This document shows positions 52,201-64,000 of a stretch of DNA of 64,000 nt, one piece after another. Position 1 is the first letter of the stretch. Every line of letters begins with the position of its first letter. Made by a program: the position numbers and the translations under genes. Source of the stretch: Lama guanicoe (lineage: Eukaryota); assembly GCA_013239625.1 (NCBI GenBank), contig MU054187.1:16856711-16920710 (forward strand), given 5' to 3'. The notes below the pieces were generated by a model that saw nothing but the letters and a program-made list of their open reading frames with translations, was not told the DNA's origin and did not search any database.

Positions 52201-53262
52201 AGAAAATAATTGAAAGTTATGCAAGTACACACTTAAAAATGGAGAAGATGATAAACTTTATTTAATATTTTAATTCTTCTAAGTTGTTTCTATAGAGCTA
52301 CTTTTATTTTTACTTTTTTAACTGTTATAAGAAACCTTTTATTTTGGGAAGAAGTGATTATCCCCAGTGCTTTGACTTTGAACAGCCTAATTAGAGATAC
52401 TTTTATATGTAATAACTATATATTTTAATCAGTTGGCACCCTGATAAGGTAAATACAGATTTAATTTATTGTCTCCAATTCCCCTTTCCTCTCCTATTCC
52501 TTCCAATACACTTTTTGCATTTTTTTAATCTCTCAGTTGGGAAAAATTGTCATTTAAATAAATTACATATAAGCAGCCATTTCATATTTCTTCAACCATA
52601 GACATTGTCTTTTCACTCTTAACTTTGGAGTATGAAGGTAATACTATTTCCTTCATTGCTAAAGCAACAGAATTTAACCATATTTGCATTTACTTTTATA
52701 TTTTCAACATCTGTTTGTCACCATAATTACTTTTGCGCTAAGTTAATAGGTCCATTCAAATAGCTGGAAATCAACAAATATGTTTGCATTATTATGACTA
52801 TTTAATATTTCAAAGCTAAGAATTGTCATTCATTTCTTTTATTTTAACATCTTTGTTTTTTGAACCTGGGGTTCTAATTGCCTTCTATTTTTGCATGCTC
52901 TCATTACTTCTGGAATATTTTGGGCTCTTTTCTTTATCATTCACTTTATTCTATAAGAAATGCAAATTGCAAATTTAAGTTGGTTAACACTGGTAACGAG
53001 GAGAAGTTAGGCTGCTGCCTTGTAAATCTAAAATATAAAGGGAACTTAGATGACAACAGTGGCAGTAGGATCGGCTCAAATCCATCATTATTATGAGTAA
53101 AACAGCTGGAAACACACACTCTCCACATAGTGTGTCAGTGGCATCATTTTGCATAGAACATATTGCACAATATTGTTATATTTTCGATCATACAAGTCCC
53201 ATGCAAGATTAGAGATTGTAAAGCCACTCTCAGTCATAGAGATCTCACAAGTGACAAATGTG

Positions 53263-53264
<2 letters not shown>

Positions 53265-53303
<39 letters not shown>
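53265..53303. repeat. (AC)19 perfect microsatellite
   Basis: direct observation. Confidence 0.97.
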
Positions 53304-53308
<5 letters not shown>

Positions 53309-54639
53309 TTAATAGCTATTAGTATAGTGATATATCACACTTTTATTGTATTTTAATAGCTGCATTGAAGTTTATATTACTTTTTTTTAAATTAAGTCAT
53401 AAGGATAAAAGAAATCCCTGAATTATAAAGAAGTAAGTGGTTTTAATAATATGTATCCTTAAGCCACCATTATTAATTGATGTATATGCTGGGGGTGTAA
53501 TGGTTAGAATTTGTAAAGGATGACCTTGACATGGTTTATGAGGCCTTCAAAGCAATTATTGTACAAACTGAGATGGAAAACAATGGCATAAAAGCAGATA
53601 GAACTGTCTGAATTAGTCCAAATCACAGACATTGCTCAGCAGCATTAGATGGCAGTCAACTTTTAATGAGGAACGACGCGAGGTAATTAAATCTTGACAT
53701 ACAATTATGAAAGAAAATATCAGGTAACCATCTTGCTATGCAATATGAAAGAAGAAAAGACATTTTCTGAAAACTTGCCTGATGCTCTGTCATCTGAAAC
53801 TGTTCTTTATGAGTGCAGGGTGAAGGTCAAGGAGGTATCTCAACTCCATCAATCCTTTGGACAGTTACAAATGACCTTTCGCTTTCCATAAGACATTCAA
53901 TATTCTGAATTGGAGGGATACATTTTTCTGTGTTTAGAAAATGGCAAAATTGAAACCTTTCCTATTGCCGGAGACTCACTTTTGTTGACTCTCTTGGACA
54001 GCCCGTTCATTCCCCAAAGCTTGTTCAAGCTATGATCTCATTTGCATTAACTACCTCATCTAGAGAAAACCATCAATTTGATATTGTGTGTCTGAAATTC
54101 TTCTACTTGCTAATAACTTTTGCTCAAGCTTTAAGAAACCCTATGTTGGCCTATTACAGAGTGAAAATACTTCCTTTAAAATATTTGAGTGATTTTTTTC
54201 ACTTCAGAGAAGTAGTCCATGAGTTTTGCATTTATGTCAGAAAGCTAATAAGGGAGATGGAATCAAGATTTGAATTCTTGACTTTTTTTCCCTATTTGAT
54301 AGTCTTAAAAAATTTTTAAAAATTATCCTTGAGTAACATTTTAAAAACACAAAAAAAGTTCTTGTTCAGAACTAAGAGTCTTCTTGCTCTAATGAATTCA
54401 GATTTTTACAATACTTACTTTTTCTTATTTTTCCATATAAAAGGTCACAGTAATCAAGCTGTCATCAACTTATGAAATATATAACAGTAGAGCTACTGGC
54501 TAAAATTACATTTATAGGTACCTTAAGATAACACAAGACTTATACTATACTTATGAATAAGTGCTTTGTGACATGTAGTTACAAAGTTATAAGCATTAAA
54601 AATGCATGTGACACCAGTTCAAGGAGTAAGATATTTTAT

Positions 54640-54930
54640 TTTTCACTTAATAGTTATTCTTTTAATATAGAAGTATTGGATCTCACCTACATGTTAAAGA
54701 ATGCTCTAGGAATGAGGATTCAGCCAGCATCCAAGATAGACAGTATCTTTGTCTTTGTAGACGTTCCATTCTGGAGAGATGGAGAACTACTGAATATAAG
54801 TAAATACATAAATAATATCATTTCAAACACTGTGAAATCCACTGGAGAAAATAAAACAGAGTAATGGACACACAAAGAGAAATTGGAGCAGAAGAGTGCA
54901 TTTTACACTGTTTGGTCAGAGAAACTTTGA
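54640..54930 (-). mobile_element. L2 3' region
   Basis: gtattggatctcacctacatgtt...gctctagg...caagatagacagtatctttgtc...ccattctggagagatggaga...tggtcagagaaa. Confidence 0.65.
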
Positions 54931-55254
54931 ATAAAATGTGTATTCTTGCCTGCCAGGCTCGTAAAATTGTGAAACAAATACATGTCATTTAATGAGTAAT
55001 TGATTTGAGGTTTTTGTCACTGATTGCATTCTTCCCAAAGCCATTTCTTCAGCTGAACCATTCATTCTGATTTTCCCTATTTGCATTATTTTTTCTTCGA
55101 AAAGGGAAAGATAGTTTTTGATCACTGGCCAATCTTATAGCAGATTACAGAAATGCTTATTTCCTTCAATTATTATATTTTCTGCCATACAACTCTAAAG
55201 AAGTTAATATTTTTGTAGAATAATTTTCTAAGTTTAATTGTGGAAGAAGTTAAT

Positions 55255-55430
55255 ATAACAGATGCCTGGACTAAACTCTGACTTTGCCCCTTAAACCATG
55301 CGATGTTGGAAATTTCTTCAATCTCTGCTTTCTTTCATTCCTTAAACTACAAAATAAGGATTATAATTATACTTTCTTCATGATGTTACTGTAATAGTTA
55401 AATTATATATACAAAGCCTTTAAAAGCAGC
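55255..55430 (+). mobile_element. MIR SINE
   Basis: cagatgcctggactaaactctgactttgccccttaa...cttcaatctct...aaaataaggattataat. Confidence 0.65.
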
Positions 55431-57089
55431 TGTTCTCAGAAACAGCACCACCTGAGCAATCATTTCAGTCATCCAGGTTGTGATTGTGCTATAAGACTCG
55501 CATTATTCAATTTTTTTATTTTAACAGACAATATCAAGATGCAATTGTACTCAGTTAACTTACTCTCACATCATTTGCACACTATTGTTATGCTTTGTAA
55601 ATTTATTTTTAATGTTACTATTGTGTTAAAATATAGTTCTCATTAACAATAATGGGTTAATGACTCTAATGTCATTAATTGATACATAATATTAATGATA
55701 AAAATGCTATCATAAACATCTAACTTAACAATGCAAGCTTAAATAAGAACAGAATTCAATAAAACTATGGACTGTGAATTTTGTAATGATTTTAACATGA
55801 ACATAGACTATTAATTCTTTTCCACAAGTATCTGGAAAAGAAATAAAGTACAAAATAATAAGTACAAATTAGTATCAAAATACTATATTTTATGAAACCA
55901 ATAATCTGTTTACCCCTATGTTCAGTGTTTTTGTCATAAAATGTTAATTAGTTGCATCTTCATCTTCAAAGCATACTTTCTAGCAATCTGATTGAGACAT
56001 CATGGAATACTTCCAAAATGCTTTCCTATACTAAATTAATATTGTCCAAAATGGTAAAGAAGAGGCCAAAACTACAGCAGCATCTTTCAAAGTTGCATTT
56101 CTTGTAACCAAAAGAGACTGACACAGTACTTCTGAGAAGTTCATAAAGCTAGTGCAAAGTAAATGAAGTAAATGATAAACGTGTCCAGTGAACAAAGTCT
56201 GTTGGTTATTGACAAAAAATCCCTTTGCCAAGTGGTACTGTGGGACAAGGACAGTGCATAGTACCAGCAACTTATATATCAGAAGAGAACTGTCTATGCA
56301 GTGGATGGGGTGTCAGATATTTTCTTTCAGGCAGATGACTCCAACAATGTAAGGAGTATGAACCTCTCTGAGCAATTTGCTGTATGTGGGAGAAAAATAA
56401 TGAGAGAACGACATTTAGTTCTTTTGTAACTGGAAGGTCATGGCCAAAGAGGGGTTTGCTTTTTACAACAATTTTGGTAGAGCTGTGGATAGTTATTAAT
56501 ACTTATATTTTATTTTTGGAGTCACGACGCTGACTTTGAAAGGTACTTGGAATCAGCTCTAAAGGAGCAGCCATCATTGAAAAAGAGACTGCCCTAAATG
56601 AAATTTCCAAATAGTCTTCCAAACAGAATATTTGGAAGGTGCCAACAGGGCTTTTTAGCATGGTTTTAGTGTTAAAAGAAATAGTAAAATTAGTGTATTC
56701 GAAATGGACTAAAATGTAGCCACAGCTAACGAGAACATTTTTCAGCCTCCAGAGAGTTCAAAATTTTGCTTTTCCATTCTGAAGCATGCACTTTGTGAAG
56801 AATCCTCATGCTGGTTTATAAAATGGATACAATATAAACATTTCTTCATGGCATTAATGTTGTTAGAAAATTCCATTTTTGTGATCATACATCCAAGCGA
56901 GATAACTCAGTAATAAATGTAGCATCTTAATCTAAAACTCCAGGGTCAGTATACTTATTTTTACTGTTGACAATTACATTTAGCATTTTCAGGAAAGAAG
57001 CAAATAGCTTGATCAATGACAACTTAACTCTTCCTAAAAGTAAATTTTATTTTTCCATCTTGGAAGTGAAATATATATATATGTATGTA

Positions 57090-57710
57090 TATGTTCAGCA
57101 TCAATGGCTTATAAAAAATTACCACCCACCTATCCCCTTAAAACTTCACATACTTATCTCAGTTTTCATAGATCAAGTCCAGGCGAAGCTTAACTAAGTT
57201 CTCTGCTTAGAATCTCAGAAGGCTGCTATCAAAGTGTCAGCCAGGCTTGTGTTCCTACTTGAAGGATTGACCTGGGAAGAATCCAATTTTAAACTTACTT
57301 AAGTTGTTGGTGGAATTTATTTCCAGGTAGCTGAATGATTGAAGTCCTGATTTTCTTGCTAGCTGTCAGCCAGGGACTGCTCTCAGAATCTAGAGACCAT
57401 TCTCAGGTCCTTGACATGCGGTCTCCTCTACAAGCCATCTCACAGCATGGGCGCTTACTTCTCCAAGGCTAGCAGGACAGTCTCTCCTTGATTAATTTAG
57501 AGTCAACTATGAGGGATCTTTATTATATATGTAAAAATCCCTTCACTTTAATTGTATAATACAACCTAATTATAAGTGCTAAACTCAGTCACCTTTTCAA
57601 TCTTCTATTCGTTTGAAACAACTCTCAGATTCTACCCAGATTCAAGGGGAGGAAACTGCACAAGGGGTGGAGAGGAAGGCTTAAGAATCATCTTAGAATC
57701 CTACATATCA
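57090..57710 (-). mobile_element. MLT1E/F-like MaLR LTR
   Basis: ctctgcttagaatctcagaaggctgctatcaaagtgtcagccaggc...gttgttggtggaatttatttcc...ttcttgctagctgtcagccagggactgctctcag...attcaaggggagga...catcttagaatcct. Confidence 0.85.
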
Positions 57711-59104
57711 GTATATTATAGGACATATTGAAAACTGCACCCTTTGATATTTCAAGGTCATGAATTCAGCATACGTGGGTCCCAGTTGGCTATTCATCGA
57801 TTGCTTCTGGATCAGTTTTTCTTCTCAGTATCCTTAACTCTTTGACAAAATTATCTGTGGCTTATTGCTGTTGCCTATTGTTGTGACCTATTTGTGAATT
57901 GAGATTTTTCTAACCCTAATAACAGAATATATAGTCCCTACCGAAAAATTTAGAAGTTAGTTCTAGAAACTATCAAATACCTGAGCCTAGGTAGCTTCAC
58001 AAACTTCAAAACTTTAGAAAGCTTTGGAATGGAAAATAATACAAACACTTGCAGAGAGAAAGATGAGAATCAGCAACTATGAAAAGATACTGGCTTTTTT
58101 TTTCCAATTACATTTTTTTCTAAAAATGAATAAACCGTGTTTATGCTCTTACCATTTTTTAAAATGATATTAATTTTTTATTCAGTTATAAATGAATCTC
58201 TACCTATGAAGTGGTAGTCTACCTTTTATTTTCTACTTTTTATTTTCATTTATCTTTAAATTCAATTTTCATAAGGTCAAATATACATAATATGTATTTA
58301 ATAAACAAAAAAAATGAATGGAAAAAAAGTGATGGTCCTCAAAGAGTTCCCACGTATCAGCTTTAATAAATGAAAAGATGAGTTAATTACATTAATGGAT
58401 CTAGATTTCTTGCAATTAAATAAGGAGAATTCTAACAATACCAGTAAACAATAAGAAAAACCATGAACAGTCTTGTGTCTTTCCATTAGTTTAAATTGTC
58501 CTAATATTTTAATTATTTTTTCATGCAAGTCATATATAACTATTTCTTCCTAATATTTATGTATCATTTTGTCCATTTATTTAATTGCACCAGCTGACAT
58601 AAAAATACTAAATAAATGGTGTTAATAAGAGAAAATATTCAATGATAATTCTTTAGTATGTGTTTTTATTTCTGCTAGTCCCTTCAGATAATTTAAGTTT
58701 CAACTCTTTCTGGAGTATATTTGGGTAATACATAAAATCTTCCATTTACATTTTTTTTTTAATATTTGTTAACACCATATTATAAACTAATTCTCTTTTA
58801 ATTCATTGAATATCCTCTGTAAATGATGTTCTTTCTCAATTGGTATTTTTAAAGTTTTTTTTTTTAATTTAACTAAAACAAAATTTGCTCTTATAATATA
58901 GTGCTCTATATTTCCTGAATTTTCCTCAGGAACCCAAAATTCTAATGTATTTATCAAATCTATTGGTTCTCTGATTTTTAATTATAAAGTCCTGCCTTTT
59001 GCCTCTCTTACTTTTATTATTTTCTGCTTTCTTGGGTTGAATGTTACATTTATTTTCAGTGTTTAAAGGTTAAGTATAACACAGATCCAAATGACATCTT
59101 ACAC

Positions 59105-60263
59105 TGTTTTGTTAAAGACTTTATACCCTTTCATAAATACTTTTTCCCAGTCCGTGGCTTCTCATTCTCTTGACATGTCCTTCACAGAATATAAGTCTTT
59201 TATTTTAATGGAATTCAGCTTACCTAGTATTTCTTTCATGGACAGTACATTTGGTGTTATAATCAAAAAGACATCAACTTTCTCAAGGATATCTAGGTTT
59301 GTCCTATGTTATCTTCTAGGAGTTTTCAGTTTTGCATTTTACATTTAGGTCTTTTATCCACTTTGAGCTATTTTTTTGTGAAGTGTATGAGGTCTTTGTC
59401 TAGACTCATTACTTGCATGTGGATATCCAGTTGTTCAAGCATCATTTGTTCAAAAGACTACCTTTGCTCCATTGTATTGCCTTTGCTTCTTGGGTTGCCT
59501 TTGCTTTTTTGTATTTATGAGGGTATATTTATGGGCTCTCTTCAGTTTCATTGATCTATTTGCCTATTCTTCTATCAATACCATACTGTCTTGATTACTA
59601 TAGATTTATTTTAAGTCTTGAAGTTGGATAGTGTCAGTCTGCTATCTTTGTTTTTCTCTTTCAACTTTGTATTGGCTGTTCTGGTTCTTTTGCTTCTCCA
59701 TATAAACTTTAGGATCCAATTGTTGATATCTACAAAATAATGCCCTGGGATTTATAAATTAAAATTGCATTTAATCTATAAATCAAGTTGGGAAGAACTG
59801 ACATCTTGACAATATTGACAACTTCCAATCTAAGAACATAGACTAACTCACATTTATTGAGTCCTTCTTTGATTTTTTTTACATCAATTTTTAAACTTTT
59901 CTCATATTTTGTTGGATTCACACCTAAGTGTTTCATTTTGGGGGGTGATAAAGTAAAAGATATGGTGTTTTTAAGTTCATATTCCACTTGTTCACTGCTC
60001 ATTGATGGGAAACTGATTGACTGTTGCATATTAACCTTGTATTTTGCAATCCTTCTATAATCACTTATTAGTTCTAGAAGTTTTTCTTGTCAGTTCTTTC
60101 AGATTTTCTACATAAACTTTGTGTCATCTGTGACCAAAAACAGATTTATTTTTTCCTTCCCAATCTGTACACTTTTTCTTGTTTTGTCATGTTTTATTGT
60201 ATTAATACGTTCAGTAGAATATTAAAATGGAGCAGTGACAGGGGAAACTCTTGCCTTGTACCT
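59105..60263 (-). mobile_element. old LINE-1 ORF2 fragment (RT and post-RT)
   Basis: minus-strand QQSISF...ELKNTISFT...KMKHLGVNPTK...NIVKMSVLPNLIYRLNAI matches L1 ORF2 (KYLGINLTK...NIVKMSILPKLIYRFNAI); degenerate GTRQGCPLS-like motif near 60235-60263. Confidence 0.9.
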
Positions 60264-60699
60264 TTGCATGAATATTATAATCACTTAACTGATTGTCTAG
60301 TCATTCAGATCATTCTGCCTGTGTCCAAGATGGTGCTGAAGCCTCACCAACAAATTGTTGTTTTACTAGTCTACTGAGATTACCATTCCATTATGATAAT
60401 ATTACCTTGTGCTCATTACAAATGTATTGCATCTTATAATTTTCTTTCCTTGATTGAAATTGAAAAGCACACAATATCTTTTATTGAAGCAAGAATTATA
60501 TTTTAATTCATAATTGAAAAAAAACCTTAGATCTTATGGAAAATAAATTTGTAAGTCAGCTCTTGAGATAGTTACACTGTGAGGTTAGTCAGTTCTTTTA
60601 GATAGACTTGTATTATGGTGGTGGCATACATCTTCAACAACGACTTTCACGCTATTGACTTGGAAATTTCGTATTTTCTAAATTGTGCTAGAGGTAGTA

Positions 60700-60870
60700 A
60701 AAACTCAACATTCTTAGACAGGAGGAGATGTTTCACTGGTCAAATAAATTTGGAAAACGTTATTTTGTATTTCCCTCTTGGAAATTTATAGTACACATTA
60801 ACCTTTTAAAGCTCAGAGAAATTCTGCTAGGAATAAACAGAATTTAACTTAGTTTACTCACTTTTTTTTT
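60700..60870. mobile_element. hAT-Charlie-type MER DNA transposon remnant (family tentative)
   Basis: tggtcaaataaatttggaaaacg...ccctcttggaaatttatagtacacatta...aagctcagagaaattctgc...tttaacttagttta. Confidence 0.55.
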
Positions 60871-61094
60871 TTCCAAATAGAAGAGATTCTGTCACAGAAT
60901 TATCCAACAGATACATTTTTTATCTTATCTAAGTAATTATTTTATCCAGATAATGTAAAGTTAATGGCAAATGGCACAATGCTTTTGATAAAGTTATAAC
61001 ATAATTTTGTTTTACATATGGATTACTTTGCTTTACAAGCCTCTTAATGTTTCTGCATTCTCAGTATTGTATCTCAGGGGTCCTTCTTCCTCAC

Positions 61095-61270
61095 AAGTAA
61101 GAAAGTGCTTATTTTAGAACTCAAACTCAAACATGATCATGTCACTCTCATGCTGAAAAATGTCAACAAGTGTCAATCATTTTGAATACAACGATGTCTA
61201 AAATTCTGAGCATGACATGTGTGAACCTTAATGACCTAAGTTATTCTACCTCGTCAGACTTTAATCTTCT
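61095..61270 (+). mobile_element. L2 fragment
   Basis: caaacatgatcatgtcactctcatgctgaaaaa...tctaaaattctgagcatgacat. Confidence 0.6.
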
Positions 61271-61964
61271 GTTTCTCATACAGTAAGTGGTAATGATCAG
61301 CTTTCTTCTTTACTCCCTCTTTTTCCTTTCTGAGCACTCAAATACATTGCTATGGCTACAGGATCAACCTCTATTCTCTCTTTTGTGCTTTGTACATGTT
61401 TTCCTGAATTCCTTTAAATGTTAGTAAATTACAAAGCTTCGGGGCCAGAACTTCTTAAATAAGTCATCTACACTCAGAGTACAAATGAGATACCATTCAA
61501 AGTAGTTGTTTTTTCAAAATATCTCTATGACTCAGCGACATAAAGTCTGTGAATATGTTTAATTTTTATTCAGGATGTTTAATGTCCATGATAGTCTAAC
61601 CTAAAATTTTGTTACTTTATTCCCTATGAAATGCATGGAGTTGTTGATGGACATAAACTAGCCTCAACAGTAATGATAAATAATGCCAAGCCTTTTTCAT
61701 TCATTTGCAAAGAATATTTGTGTGTATGTACAGAATATTTGCAATTCATAGAAAACAACAAATTTATGTATGATTTAATATATAATTGTAAACATAAAAT
61801 TGTTTATTTTAGTAGCACCCTTTCTGCATACTATATTTAATTTATGCATCACTGAAAAGAGTCATGTCTTATCAGGAGGTAGAAGTAAATTCTGGGGGAA
61901 ATAAAAGAAATACTTTGCAAATAATCTTTAGCAAGACTGAATATGACCAAAAAAAAAAAGGCGT

Positions 61965-62082
61965 GTTCCCTTATTTTCTAACATATTCTCCTTTGTACAC
62001 CCAATGCTTGAGAGAATACCTATTACATAGGAGACAGTAAATATGTATGTATTGAATAAATAAATAAATGAATAATGAATAA
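61965..62082 (+). mobile_element. L2 3' end
   Basis: ctttgtacacccaatgcttgagagaatacct...aatatgtatgtattgaataaataaataaatgaat. Confidence 0.6.
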
Positions 62083-63549
62083 CTTAAATTTTGAAAAACA
62101 GAGTCTCAAGATGACCTGTTTTTCTAAGGTTTTTCTTCTCTGTATCCTCAAACACATAAATCAAATTTTTGTGATATTCAACAAATTTTGCTCCAAGTCT
62201 TCACTGATTTAGATTTTGTTGATTGTAGTCTCTGCGTGTGAATTACTGCATTCAAATAAATGTGGCCTATTTATTACGAAGATTTATATTGAAAGTTATC
62301 AACTGAATCCTTGCAAAAGCAATGGATGGCATGCTCCCTATTTCAAGTTTCTTCTAGAATGAACATTAATATCAGATTTGGTTAGACTGTGACATCATTA
62401 GTGAATAAGTGGGTGGTTTTCTCTATACATCACTGTTACTTGCGATGTCAGACAACGCACTGCTTATTTTGTCTAGATTACTGCTCTAAATTAGTACAAC
62501 AACCATAAGAAAAAACTCTCTCTTCATGAATTTGGATACTGAAGTTTGGAATAGTTACATAAATAGTGTGAGGTTACAGGCTAAAGGGTAACTGACTTAG
62601 AATTTGAATCCAGAAAATCTCTCTCTAGAAGTTGTGTCTTTAAGTTTCAGACTATGTTCCCCCCTCAGAAAATGTTCTTCATATCCTTTTTCAAAGTAAA
62701 TATGGACTTTAGCACGGTATCTGGCACAGAGTAGGTGCTCAAATAATTTGTTGGAACAGGATGTTTAATCTAAGCTAAAGTTTTTATAATAACAAATACC
62801 AGGAATATAAACTCTTTCTTCATAAAAGGAAGGAATTAGAAACTCTGTACCAAATTACTTCAGATATTCCTTTTAGCTCTTTGCTAATGTATAACATTTA
62901 TATAATTGGCAGAAAAGTGGAATGAACTTTTTATCATAAAACTTTTTGAATCTAATGCCACTTAAATAGATATGTAAGATATTCAAGTTTAAATATTTCA
63001 ATAGTATTTAAATATATATTTTATATATATATATACTGCAGTTATATAAGAAAGTAGTAGAGTTTTCACCTTACAAATTGTTTTTAAAGTTATTTTTAAT
63101 ATTAAAATTTCTACCTCCACATATTTTACATAGTCTATTCAAAATTACAAGGTTCAGATTCCACACATCCTCTCCTTAATTTGTATCAATTGTTGATATC
63201 ATTTAGAGAAAACAAGAGTTTTTATAGGTAATCTAACCCTTTTAATGCTCATTTCTACTTACTTTATTTAACACATTCTATACCTGTATTTATACTGTAA
63301 CAACCTTAAATTATACATTTTTTCCATCTAAAAATTGCCTCTACTTTCTATAAAGTCTTTATTTTTATAATCTGTCTATATTAGTACTAGCATTTTTTCA
63401 CAACTATGTGAAGCTCTTCTATTTCCTGTTTCACCCCCTTTCCACAAGTCCATTTCAAATTCAGTTAATAAAATTAAATATTTTATTTGTAATGTTTTTA
63501 TGCTCTATTTAAAGTATGCCTATAAAGATGTTTGAATGAATGTAGACAA

Positions 63550-63790
63550 CTCATTCACTTTCCCCATAATTTCTTCCAGAAGCTAGAATACCAGTCTTCT
63601 TTAGTCATCGTAACCCCTTTTGGTATAATACTCAAAATCTTAATTTTTTTCAATATATAAATATTTATATATTTATAAAATAAATACATCCTTTTTGAGA
63701 TCAGCAAAGTTGCTCCAGATCTGTACATATTTCAAATACACTTGTCCTGGTAACACAATATCTTCTTTCAAATCACACAATTACTTTATA
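63550..63790 (-). mobile_element. CR1/L3 LINE fragment
   Basis: ttccccataatttcttccagaagctagaataccagtcttctttagtcat and catcctttttgaga...tgctccagatctgtacatatttcaaatac resemble reverse-strand L3 ORF2 3' region. Confidence 0.45.
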
Positions 63791-64000
63791 TGAGGGGCTA
63801 TAGTGACTCAAATTTTAAACAAAAAAAGAATGGATTAGACTTTACCATTAAGGTATAAACTGCAGCAAATCCAGAAAATACAAAATCAACAACTACAAAA
63901 TATAATTAATCTTAGAAGGCATTTATGAAAATAATTATTTAAAATGAAATTTAAAGCAAGCCACCACTACCCCCAACTTCCTACTTTATAAATTCTTTTT

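Overview
AT-rich, CpG-poor mammalian genomic DNA, intronic or intergenic in character. Two tRNA-Ala(AGC)-derived SINEs with the camelid-type tail (Vic-1-like) point to a camelid host such as alpaca, llama or camel. No intact protein-coding gene, true tRNA, rRNA or CRISPR array can be supported. The ORF track is mostly chance ORFs plus decayed LINE-1 ORF2 pieces. The recognisable content is interspersed repeats: L2, MIR, CR1/L3, L1, MaLR (MLT1) LTRs, an older LTR and a Tigger1-type DNA transposon, plus microsatellites. Repeat family names come from recalled consensus motifs, not a database search. Main findings: (1) a well-supported L1 3' transduction at 36914-37712, with a 19-bp TSD, a TT/AAGA endonuclease site, a second polyA signal and tail, and about 100 bp of carried flank; (2) an internal-only L1 piece (ORF1 end to ORF2 endonuclease) in an almost uninterrupted L2, suggesting a non-classical insertion; (3) a speculative series of minus-strand, splice-site-bounded, coding-like segments (about 0.3-13.5, 30, 43 and 48-54 kb) that could be a decayed multi-exon gene or a lncRNA derived from one. 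I could not identify the protein family.
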